Assembly: GCA_012799605.1 (NCBI GenBank)
Contig: JAAZKX010000003.1
Location: forward strand, 4,552-68,551
Origin: Bacillota bacterium
GTDB lineage: Bacteria > Bacillota > DTU030 > DUMP01
Direction: 5' to 3'
Length of the DNA: 64,000 bases
Positions 56,285 to 64,000 of the stretch are shown here, in pieces. Position numbers and translations under genes: made by a program. How positions within the stretch are numbered: the stretch's first letter is position 1; every line of letters begins with the position of its first letter. Below the pieces are notes generated by a model. It searched no databases and was not told where the DNA came from. It saw only the letters and a list, made by a program, of their open reading frames with translations.

Positions 56285-57013
56285 ATGTCCCTTGATGAAA
56301 AAGTAGCTTTGTTTATCGACTTTGAGTACCTATTTTACACCATGTCCAATCAGTATGGCATTTCACCCCAGGTCCAAGACATAATTGATATTGCTTCCGA
56401 GTACGGTGAACTGAAAGTTGCTAAGGCTTTTGCCGATTTGGCCGGATCAGAAGAGCTAAGACGGGCAGCATATCTGCTTCGTACCCAAAGCATTGAGATG
56501 GTGGATGCCGCCGGGGACCATTCCCGCGAGAAAGTAAAAAACTATACCGACTTCACCATGCTGGATGCCATTTACGGAACTTATCTGGATTTGGAAGACA
56601 TCGGGACCATAGTCATTGTCACCGGCGACGGTCATTTTTCTAGCGTTGTGGCTCGTCTCCGTGTCCGTTGCAAGAAGAACATTGTCGTGATCGGTATTCC
56701 CCATTTTATCAATCGCGAACTATATCAAAGCGCTTCTGAAGTACGAGAGCTTGAAATCGATACCAGTGCCTGTTTTGTCGATCGTGAGGATTTGATTGCC
56801 TTTGTTAAAAATTCAATCCATACCCACCCCTATGTCACTTTTAATAAAACCGTCAGTATTTATAGTAAGGTGCGCCAAGTTGATGAAGTAGCCGTCCGCA
56901 AAACTCTGGCCGCTTTAATTGACGAAAATATTTTTGTGCAGCTCATCGAGCAAACACCACAATCCGATGTACGCGTACTTCGCATCCCCGACAGCGAAGA
57001 AGCTATTGCCTAA
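56285..57013 (+). CDS. LabA-like NYN-domain protein with C-terminal winged-helix/OST-HTH-like module
   Basis: 242 aa. NYN blocks ALFIDFEYL, TDFTMLDA, IVIVTGDGHFSSVVARLR and IVVIGI. The C-terminal 90 aa are helical (VRKTLAALIDENIFVQL). Confidence 0.7.
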   Translation: MSLDEKVALFIDFEYLFYTMSNQYGISPQVQDIIDIASEYGELKVAKAFADLAGSEELRRAAYLLRTQSIEMVDAAGDHSREKVKNYTDFTMLDAIYGTYLDLEDIGTIVIVTGDGHFSSVVARLRVRCKKNIVVIGIPHFINRELYQSASEVRELEIDTSACFVDREDLIAFVKNSIHTHPYVTFNKTVSIYSKVRQVDEVAVRKTLAALIDENIFVQLIEQTPQSDVRVLRIPDSEEAIA

Positions 57014-57122
57014 TAGCAACCGGCGGGGCGGCGTTGCTGCCGCTCTCTTTATCCCAGCCAACACAGGCAGGAGGCAAAAGCTGCCCCAAGCAGCGCTCCC
57101 TAGCCAATTGCCGGCCAAAAAC

Positions 57123-58283
57123 TTAGCGCAAAGCGTCAGTAGGATTTAGCTTGGCCGCCTTCGCTGCCGGCCAAACGCCGGAGATAATCCCTACCAATAA
57201 AGCGAAGGTAAACGAATAGATGACCGAAGCCAGCGTAACTGCTGTCGGCACACCGAAATGGCGGATAATATGTGAGGCTCCGGAGCCAAATAATATGCCG
57301 ATAATGCCACCAGCCGAGCTTAAAATTACAGCTTCGATCAAAAATTGCCCCAACACCTGCGAGTTTTTAGCCCCTACCGCTTTTCTGATCCCTATTTCCC
57401 GCGTCCGCTCGCTTACCGACACCAGCATTATGTTCATAATTCCAATCCCGCCTACCACCAGTGAAATTCCAGCAATAGCCCCCAGCATCAAGGTCATGAT
57501 CAGGTTCATCTCAGCGATTTGCTGTATCATATCATCGCGGCTCATAACATGAACAGCATGTTCACGACGGTATAGTTTGTAAAATATCCGCTTTAGCTGC
57601 ACCGCTGTCTGGGATGATTCCAAGGCCCCTTTAGCTTTGATATTAATGGTATCGATACGGCTGTTTCCGCCAAGGCGTAAGGCCGTACTGTAGGGTATAT
57701 AAACAGTCCGGTCAATCCCCCACTCCTGATCGGAAGAAACCTTAGCCTTCAACACTCCCACCACCGTAAACCGTTGGCCCTGCATATATACTTCTTGTCC
57801 CACTGGGTTTACCCCGCGAAACAGTTTATCGGCCACAATTGATCCAACCACCATTACCCGGCCCCGGCCGCTGATATCCGTCTCGGTAAACCCTCGTCCC
57901 CCGGCTAATTCTAAATCACGCAAAGGCAAAAAATCTTCGCCAACTCCTTCCCCGCTGCAATCAAACATGGTGTTGCGCCATTTTATATTACCACCTACGT
58001 GCACCACCGGCATAATATGTTTTATACCGCTGATGCGGTCTTTTAATTCCGCCAGCAATTCAGGAGTAAATTGCGCTTCCCAGCTATGGCTGTAAACTTC
58101 AATTACATTAGAACCAAGGCTTTGGAGATGCTGCTGTATTTCCAGCCTTGCCCCCTGCCCCACTGACACTAGCGTAATCACCGATGCTACCCCGATAATT
58201 ACCCCTAGCATGGTCAGTGCAGACCGGATCTTATTGCCTAAAATACTGCGCCAGGCCATTTTTACGCTCAGGAGCAAAATCAT
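57123..58283 (-). CDS. MacB/FtsX-type ABC transporter permease
   Basis: 386 aa. One N-terminal TM, a large extracytoplasmic domain, and a C-terminal FtsX 3-TM bundle (ERTREIGIRKAVGA). Confidence 0.85.
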   Translation of the reverse strand: MILLLSVKMAWRSILGNKIRSALTMLGVIIGVASVITLVSVGQGARLEIQQHLQSLGSNVIEVYSHSWEAQFTPELLAELKDRISGIKHIMPVVHVGGNIKWRNTMFDCSGEGVGEDFLPLRDLELAGGRGFTETDISGRGRVMVVGSIVADKLFRGVNPVGQEVYMQGQRFTVVGVLKAKVSSDQEWGIDRTVYIPYSTALRLGGNSRIDTINIKAKGALESSQTAVQLKRIFYKLYRREHAVHVMSRDDMIQQIAEMNLIMTLMLGAIAGISLVVGGIGIMNIMLVSVSERTREIGIRKAVGAKNSQVLGQFLIEAVILSSAGGIIGILFGSGASHIIRHFGVPTAVTLASVIYSFTFALLVGIISGVWPAAKAAKLNPTDALR

Positions 58284-59041
58284 GCTTTGGCATCCCCTTC
58301 CCCCGTTGGTGGTAACGCAGCCAGTACCTCTTCGGCCAGTAAATAGTCCTTGGCCCGCACAGGCTCGTTGGCAACCACAATCCCGTCCTCCAAATACATA
58401 ACCCGCTCACAGTGGTAGGCCACGTTGGGATCGTGGGTGACTACAACCACCGTATTGCCTTGAGCGTGTAGCTCTTGAAACAGGGCCAGTATTTCTTCAC
58501 CGGTCCGCGAATCTAAAGCGCCGGTAGGCTCATCAGCCAAAACTATTTCCGGTTCGGCCGCGACAGCCCGGGCAATGGCCACTCGTTGTTGCTCACCGCC
58601 GGATAATTCTTTCGGTCGATGATGCAACCGCTCTTTTAGGCCTAACCGGACTAGCGCATTTAGGGCTTGGGCGCGCCGGTTTTTTCCGGCCAGTCCGCGG
58701 TAGATGAGGGGTAATTCTACGTTTTCTAACGCCGTCAGTTGGGGGAGCAGATTAAAGCTTTGAAAAATAAACCCTACCGCATTGTTCCTGATTTCGGCCA
58801 GCTGGGCATCATTTTTTTTGCTCACTTCTTCCCCGTGTAACTTATAGCTACCGCCGCTGGGACGATCCAAGCAGCCCAGAATGTTCATTAACGTGGATTT
58901 ACCGGACCCGGACGGTCCCATAATAGCTACCATCTCGCCGCTGGTTATTTGCAAGTCGACTCCCCTTAAAGCTGGGATCCTGATTTTGCCGATATAATAA
59001 TCTTTGGTGACAGAACACACGTCTACCATAATCGTACTCAT
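58280..59041 (-). CDS. ABC transporter ATP-binding protein (MacB/LolD-like)
   Basis: Start at ATG 59041. Walker [10 protein letters not shown], signature [14 protein letters not shown], Walker [12 protein letters not shown]. Confidence 0.9.
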   Translation of the reverse strand: MSTIMVDVCSVTKDYYIGKIRIPALRGVDLQITSGEMVAIMGPSGSGKSTLMNILGCLDRPSGGSYKLHGEEVSKKNDAQLAEIRNNAVGFIFQSFNLLPQLTALENVELPLIYRGLAGKNRRAQALNALVRLGLKERLHHRPKELSGGEQQRVAIARAVAAEPEIVLADEPTGALDSRTGEEILALFQELHAQGNTVVVVTHDPNVAYHCERVMYLEDGIVVANEPVRAKDYLLAEEVLAALPPTGEGDAKA

Positions 59042-59051
59042 ATCCCCGCCC

Positions 59052-60635
59052 TCACATCCGCATCGGTACTGCCGTACCGGCGCCGAAAAAAAATTCGTCA
59101 TCGCTTGAACTACCTACGACTACTTCTTGCCCTTCATTCAGCCCGGCGAGCACTTCGGCCAGGGCCCGGTCCTGCAGCCCTAGCTGCACCTGAACTTCGC
59201 GCGGCTTGCCCCCTTCAAGCACTTGAACAAAGCTGTTCCCATCACGCTCATACACAGCCTCAACCGGTACTGCCAACACATTTTGGCGTTGTTCAATAAA
59301 AATGGAAACATTGGCAGTCATACCCGCTCGCAGCTCCCCTGGTTCCAAGATCTCCACCTTGACCGGAAATCCGCTAGGTCCAGCAGGGCCCTGGTACGGT
59401 TGTTCGCCCTGTTGACCGCCTTCACGGGCTACCTCAATAACTTTGGCCGCGAAAATTTCCCCGGGCAGTGCATCTACCGTCACTGAAGCATCCATACCGG
59501 GTTTAAGGTGAACAATATCCAGTTCATCGATCATAATTTCGGTATTCATCTTTTCATAACTGGCGATTTTAACTACACTGCGCCCGGCTTCCACCTTCTG
59601 GCCATCCTCAGTGTCTAAAGCAATTACCTGACCGCTTATAGGAGCTTTAAGGGTCAACCCATCCAACTCTTCGCTTTTTCGTTCGTAAGCTAGCTGTGCT
59701 TGCTGCAAACCTAAAATCCGCCGGTAAATTTCCAACAGGGCAGACCCTTCTTCAAGGGAAGCAATGGTTTGGCCCTCCTTAACCCGGCTTCCTTCTTTAA
59801 TATTGAGCCGCTCGATCCGGCCCCCGACTCCACTCGATACCCAGGTGTCCTCTTTCCAAGAGGCTGCCGTTCCAATACCGATTGCAAGGCCGGCGCCAGT
59901 ATCAATATTAACATCCGCCTTCATATCCAAAGCTAACAACCCGGGGTTTGGCACCGCAATCACCACCCGGCGGACAAAAGAATTCTGCTGTGGATAACGG
60001 TTGGGATCTATCTCTTTGACCGTACCGGTGGTAACACCGGAAAAACCATGGAAAAAAAGTTCCGCCGGCTGGCCCGCCCTTACATTGGCAGCAGTTCCTT
60101 CATCTAAAAAAAGTTCCACCAGTACTTCACTGTCATCCACTAGCCTTAGTAGATCTTGTTTAGCCCCTACTTGGTCACCTTCTTTAATTTTGAGCTCTAC
60201 CGCCCGGCCAGCTACCGGAGCCCGCACCGATAAAGCCAGTCCCGGATCGGCATTATCCACTTGAGCCGGGGGTACGCCAAGGATCTTCGCCAGTTCTAGC
60301 CGGGCCTGTTCCAGTTCCAACTGAGCCCCTTTGACCTCCATGCCCAGCGTCGCATTATATAAAGTCAGCAGCGGCGCTCCCGCCTCAACCTGCTGCCCTT
60401 CCTTAACCAAAGTACGCTCCACCAGCCCTTCGCTGAGAGGGGCTATTTCTTTGACTTCGCCAGCGGAAAGCGTCCCCCAGCCCTCTACCGTCAGCCTAAT
60501 GTCACCTCGGATAACTTGACCAGTGGCGATAACATCAGGATTAGACACCCGCTGGCGCTGGCGAAACTTGATCAAAGCAAATATCCCACCGAATGTCACT
60601 AAAACTACCAAGGCAATAATCAGCCTTTTTTTCAT
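59052..60635 (-). CDS. Membrane fusion (HlyD/MacA-type) adaptor with internally duplicated lipoyl and beta-barrel core
   Basis: Start at ATG 60635 with GAAGGAG RBS, followed by an N-terminal TM. It contains two consecutive sets of lipoyl-N, short hairpin, lipoyl-C and beta-barrel, then one membrane-proximal domain. Confidence 0.8.
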   Translation of the reverse strand: MKKRLIIALVVLVTFGGIFALIKFRQRQRVSNPDVIATGQVIRGDIRLTVEGWGTLSAGEVKEIAPLSEGLVERTLVKEGQQVEAGAPLLTLYNATLGMEVKGAQLELEQARLELAKILGVPPAQVDNADPGLALSVRAPVAGRAVELKIKEGDQVGAKQDLLRLVDDSEVLVELFLDEGTAANVRAGQPAELFFHGFSGVTTGTVKEIDPNRYPQQNSFVRRVVIAVPNPGLLALDMKADVNIDTGAGLAIGIGTAASWKEDTWVSSGVGGRIERLNIKEGSRVKEGQTIASLEEGSALLEIYRRILGLQQAQLAYERKSEELDGLTLKAPISGQVIALDTEDGQKVEAGRSVVKIASYEKMNTEIMIDELDIVHLKPGMDASVTVDALPGEIFAAKVIEVAREGGQQGEQPYQGPAGPSGFPVKVEILEPGELRAGMTANVSIFIEQRQNVLAVPVEAVYERDGNSFVQVLEGGKPREVQVQLGLQDRALAEVLAGLNEGQEVVVGSSSDDEFFFGAGTAVPMRM

Positions 60636-60726
60636 CTTGTCTGCTCCTTCCCTTGCTTGGACTTCCGTTACCTCTTGTTTATGTATTTTACTGGCGCTAA
60701 ATATTTTTGTTTTAATCGTTTGGTTC

Positions 60727-60766
60727 CAAAAAGAAAGAGCCGGGCCCGACCCGGCCAACTTTTTCC
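60727..60766 (-). terminator. Bidirectional-looking rho-independent terminator after the GY-repeat stalk protein gene
   Basis: Stem GCCGGG/CCCGGC (60739-60755) flanked by A-rich sequence on the left and T-rich on the right. The minus-strand tail is UCUUUCUUUUU. Confidence 0.6.
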
Positions 60767-60790
60767 CGAATCAAGTCTGTTTATTTAGAC

Positions 60791-61546
60791 TCAGTAATCA
60801 TAATACTTGTCAAACGCCACCCGGAAACCGTCCAGGTAGCCATCGATAAAACCATCAGTGTATTCTGGATTCCGCCGGGTGTCAAGACTATAGCGACGGC
60901 CCCCATATTTTTCGATTATGTCATCTTCGAGATAACGATTGCTGTAACGGATATCGGCGTATTCTTCCAGGGCTTCTTTCCAGTCCAAGTCTATTTTACT
61001 TCTAGTCGCCCGCCGGCCAGCATATTCCCCATCATCATAGCCGACATCATAGCCATCCTCTTCCCCGTCCCGGTAGTCGCTACGGCTACTGTCGCGACCG
61101 CGTTGACCATCCTTGTAGCCTTCATCGTAGCCTTCCTTTTCGCCTTTTTTAAAACCGCTGTCGTAACCCTCATTATAGGCTTTTTCATAGGAGGTTTTAC
61201 TGCCAACTAACTGGCCGGCTTCATAGCCCTCAAGGTAAGCCTTCTGCCGGACCTGTTCGAGATTCGAATCGCTGGTGCCGGGCGTGGTGATGATCACCCG
61301 GCTGTTGGCATCATCCCAGCCGACTTGAGCTTTTAGAGCCTCGGCTATATAACGCAAAGGAACATAAACATGACCGCCGACAATAAATGGTTCTTCCGAT
61401 GGAATGTTTGCCTTGCCATCGATTATAATGGCGATGTTCCGGTATACAGCCGTCAAGGTTTTGGTGAGGCTGGCACCTTGAGCGGTGCTGTAAATACCTA
61501 CCAGGGTCAAAATTATCAATCCTACAATAAGCCAGCGCTGTCGCAT
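60791..61546 (-). CDS. Copper-amine-oxidase N-terminal (stalk) domain protein with acidic GY-repeat C-terminal region
   Basis: 251 aa with a signal peptide. Stalk-domain block IIIDGKANIPSEEPFIVGGHVYVPLRYIAEAL. Five or more repeats of (D/E)G(Y/F)(D/E)xG(Y/F). Confidence 0.7.
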   Translation of the reverse strand: MRQRWLIVGLIILTLVGIYSTAQGASLTKTLTAVYRNIAIIIDGKANIPSEEPFIVGGHVYVPLRYIAEALKAQVGWDDANSRVIITTPGTSDSNLEQVRQKAYLEGYEAGQLVGSKTSYEKAYNEGYDSGFKKGEKEGYDEGYKDGQRGRDSSRSDYRDGEEDGYDVGYDDGEYAGRRATRSKIDLDWKEALEEYADIRYSNRYLEDDIIEKYGGRRYSLDTRRNPEYTDGFIDGYLDGFRVAFDKYYDY

Positions 61547-61720
61547 AAAATCTCCTCCCCACCGGTGCGACTAGTTTCCAATCTGATCCTCGGACGCTTG
61601 CCTGCTTTATCTTTATCTTTTTCGGCATCTCTGTAGCGATATCCTGCCTTGCATTTCGATCTAAGACAGCATTTATCCCAGTTGCTGTCTTATACTTTGC
61701 TTCAACTCCGGTTTGCCAAG

Positions 61721-62746
61721 TTAGGATTGGGCCAATTTCTTATAGACATCCAGTGGAATTTCAACCAAATGTATGGTCGAACCGTCTTTTGCACTTTGTT
61801 CAAATACCTGCAGCCGGTTGCCCACAACCAGGTATTCCGAAGTCAACTCGAAGCTAAAATAACCCCAGTCCGGCCCGCCTCGAGCTGCTGTAACAAAGCC
61901 CTTTTCCTTTTCCTCTCCATCGGGGCCAATTAGGCGCCAATTAACGGTGGCTTCAAACACCCGGGCAATACCGCGTACCGTAAGGCTCGCATCTTTTTCA
62001 ATTGCTGGGGCTAGCAGCTTAATGCTTTTGGATTCGGCTGTAATTGATTCCATCTGCTCAAGCCCATAAAGCTGCGGTAAATAAGTACCTTCGACGTTTT
62101 CAAACCGCACCGGCTTATCGGTTCCCTCCAACACAGCCAGGGCATAGGGGTAGGTGATGGCCTGGGTTACAATGGCATCCGGGGCCGGATCACGGTATTC
62201 AATTGCCACCACTATTTCTTCTTCTGTTTCCAGCGCCTGTTTGATTAAAACGCTGTATCCTCCGGTCGGACAGGCACCCCGGGTCACCATGATATACGTA
62301 TTTCCTTCCCAGCTATAGCTTTGGGCCAATTCCGTGCCCAGAGAATAATCCAGTTGCCTAACTATCTCCCGAGGCGCTGTGGCTTTAGTCAAGTTGTTGA
62401 CCGAAATCTGACGGGGATAAGCTACCACCGTATTCTCAGCCGGAGGCTTCATTACGCTGATGGTTTCTGTCTCTTGATTCCAATCCAGCTGAAATCCCAA
62501 CATCTCGGCCACAAACCGGAGCGGTAAATAAGTGGTGCCGGCATAGATAAGGCTGGCTGGAACGTATGTTTTCCCGTTAAAATAATAATGCGCCCGGTCG
62601 CTGGGGTGAACTTCTTGGCCTTGAATTAAATAGCGGACAGGCGCAACCTGGGCTTTAATTTCACCCAACGTACTAAAACCCACCGTTGTCACTAGCACTA
62701 TGCCACTCAAAAGACCAGTCAAAAAAATTTTAAGCCGCTCATTCAC
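61721..62746 (-). CDS. Stalk-domain protein with PrcB_C-like and Gmad2 Ig-like domains
   Basis: 341 aa with an N-terminal TM. Stalk block YFNGKTYVPASLIYAGTTYLPLRFVAEML. PrcB_C-like GACPTGGYSVLIK...AITYPYALAVL. Gmad2-like GIARVFEATVNWRLIGPDG. Confidence 0.65.
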   Translation of the reverse strand: MNERLKIFLTGLLSGIVLVTTVGFSTLGEIKAQVAPVRYLIQGQEVHPSDRAHYYFNGKTYVPASLIYAGTTYLPLRFVAEMLGFQLDWNQETETISVMKPPAENTVVAYPRQISVNNLTKATAPREIVRQLDYSLGTELAQSYSWEGNTYIMVTRGACPTGGYSVLIKQALETEEEIVVAIEYRDPAPDAIVTQAITYPYALAVLEGTDKPVRFENVEGTYLPQLYGLEQMESITAESKSIKLLAPAIEKDASLTVRGIARVFEATVNWRLIGPDGEEKEKGFVTAARGGPDWGYFSFELTSEYLVVGNRLQVFEQSAKDGSTIHLVEIPLDVYKKLAQS

Positions 62747-62861
62747 ATCATTTCCCTCCTTATCGAAATCCGATTGGGCTCGCCTAACCTATTTCCGCCA
62801 GCATAGTTGCCAGCCCGTCTATCTAGATAGACGGGCTAATCCGGAAAAAGTTCCCGGATTA

Positions 62862-64000
62862 TTAACCTTTAATTACCACAAGCGGAGTCAGCGCCACTTC
62901 GATCTTAACTAAATCTTTCTGGTTTTCCATCACCCGGTCAATATCTTTATAAGCCTCCGGGCTCTCCTCAGCTACGTCATGCAGTTTGGTTTTGAACAAT
63001 TCAACATTCATGGCCTCCAGCTGCCGCTGTACTCGCTTAGTACTAATGCTGCGTTTTGCTTCCCGCCGGCCCAGGACCCGTCCCGCGCCGTGGCTGCATG
63101 AATTAAAAGACTCCGGGTTTTCCAACCCCAAACCGATATATGATTTGGTTCCCATCGAACCTGGTACTACAACTTTATCTACTGCTCGGACAGCCCCTTT
63201 CCGGTGCAGCCACAGCCAAGTCCCAAAATGTTTTTCATAAGCAGCATAGTTGTGGTGCACATCTATATACGGCTGCGGTGCTTCTGAAAAATATTCGCCC
63301 CATATGGTTAAAATACGCTGCATCATGTGTTTCCGGTTAGCCCGGGCAAAGTCAAGGCAGTACTGCATCGCAGCAATATATTCTTGCCCTAATTCTGTGT
63401 CTACATCAAGACATGCCAACTGATGCGCTGGGGGGATTGACGGGAAGTGCTGCTTGCTCCATTTTTGCGCCGCCCGGTTGTAAAAAGTAGCCACTTGATG
63501 GCCGAGGTTCCGGCTACCGGAATGTACCATCAGCCAAACAAAACCTTGCTCATCGGAGCCGGCCTCAATAAAATGGTTCCCGCCGCCTAAAGTACCGAGC
63601 TGATAGCGGGCCCGCTTCAGCTGTTGCCGGATAATGGGCGATTTGGGCGGCCGGTCGAAAATTTCATCGGTTTGCTGTTTTTTATGCCAATCGAAGCCGG
63701 TAGGAATCGTACGGTAAATTTCACCGAAAATTTTTGATCTGAGCGCTAAAAAGTTGTCTACTTCTACCTGCGTGCACCAAGCCCTAACCCCGCAGCCAAT
63801 ATCTACACCCACAGCGTTGGGAATGATATGTCCTTCAGCTGCTAACACCCCGCCGATCGGCATACCATAGCCGACATGAGCATCGGCCATCAAGCACACA
63901 TGCCGAAAAGCGAAAGGTAAGTTAGCCAAATTAATCGCCTGTCGGATAGTATCTTCATCCAAATCATCAGCCCAAGAAATAACTGGCACTTTGGTTTCCA
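62862..64000 (-). CDS. rtcB: RNA ligase RtcB (5' end probably beyond the window edge)
   Basis: MADAHVGYGMPIGG, GGGNHFIE, HSGSRNLGHQV, HNYA and SCSHGAGR motifs. The reading frame stays open from GTG 63989 to position 64000, so the true start may lie outside the window. Confidence 0.85.
   Translation of the reverse strand, partial: ETKVPVISWADDLDEDTIRQAINLANLPFAFRHVCLMADAHVGYGMPIGGVLAAEGHIIPNAVGVDIGCGVRAWCTQVEVDNFLALRSKIFGEIYRTIPTGFDWHKKQQTDEIFDRPPKSPIIRQQLKRARYQLGTLGGGNHFIEAGSDEQGFVWLMVHSGSRNLGHQVATFYNRAAQKWSKQHFPSIPPAHQLACLDVDTELGQEYIAAMQYCLDFARANRKHMMQRILTIWGEYFSEAPQPYIDVHHNYAAYEKHFGTWLWLHRKGAVRAVDKVVVPGSMGTKSYIGLGLENPESFNSCSHGAGRVLGRREAKRSISTKRVQRQLEAMNVELFKTKLHDVAEESPEAYKDIDRVMENQKDLVKIEVALTPLVVIKG

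Noticed and set aside
1-64000. CRISPR arrays, tRNA/rRNA genes, transposases, integrases, prophage or recognisable defence cassettes.
   Set aside because: No spaced direct repeats, cloverleaf-like intergenic sequences or recombinase-like ORFs were found. All intergenic gaps are 340 nt or shorter and are mostly explained by promoters, terminators or the T-box.

Overview
64-kb chromosomal window from an endospore-forming Firmicute. Gene content suggests Clostridia, Peptococcaceae/Desulfotomaculum-like; GC is roughly 50-55% by eye. About 58 of the 66 genes I call lie on the minus strand. The backbone is the conserved Bacillus/Clostridium housekeeping and sporulation block: rpmE, DUF1385, prfA, prmC, tsaC, ywlE-type phosphatase, rpiB, glyA, comEB, a tagO-like GT4, wecB, spoIID, a spoIIQ-like M23 protein, spoIIID, mbl/mreB, two flagellar rod genes, a FlgJ-like rod-binding protein, fabZ, recD2 and spoIIR. 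Interspersed are central-carbon genes (class V FBP aldolase/phosphatase, plus a separate fba-glpX pair) and a T-box-controlled aminotransferase/dehydrogenase operon. There is also an 1100-aa SLH S-layer-type protein, an S41 protease, and a TetR-linked RND/MFP/TolC-like efflux operon with a consensus promoter and a 32-bp perfect palindrome. A MacB-type ABC exporter carries an internally duplicated adaptor. Several poorly characterised genes are present: two NYN-domain proteins, a radical SAM protein, a metallophosphoesterase plus unknown pair, stalk-domain proteins and an edge-truncated rtcB. I found no rRNA, tRNA, CRISPR array, transposase, integrase or recognisable phage-defence island. The best-supported non-coding call is a serine-type T-box leader at about 13105-13365 (minus strand). 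No single obviously novel system stands out. The candidates most worth follow-up are the T-box-defined non-canonical serine operon, the TolC-containing efflux operon with its operator in a spore-former, the duplicated membrane-fusion adaptor, the metallophosphoesterase/unknown pair, the recD2-linked 470-aa HTH protein and an ORF interrupted by an in-frame TAG. All family assignments come from reading motifs in the translations; no database search was run.
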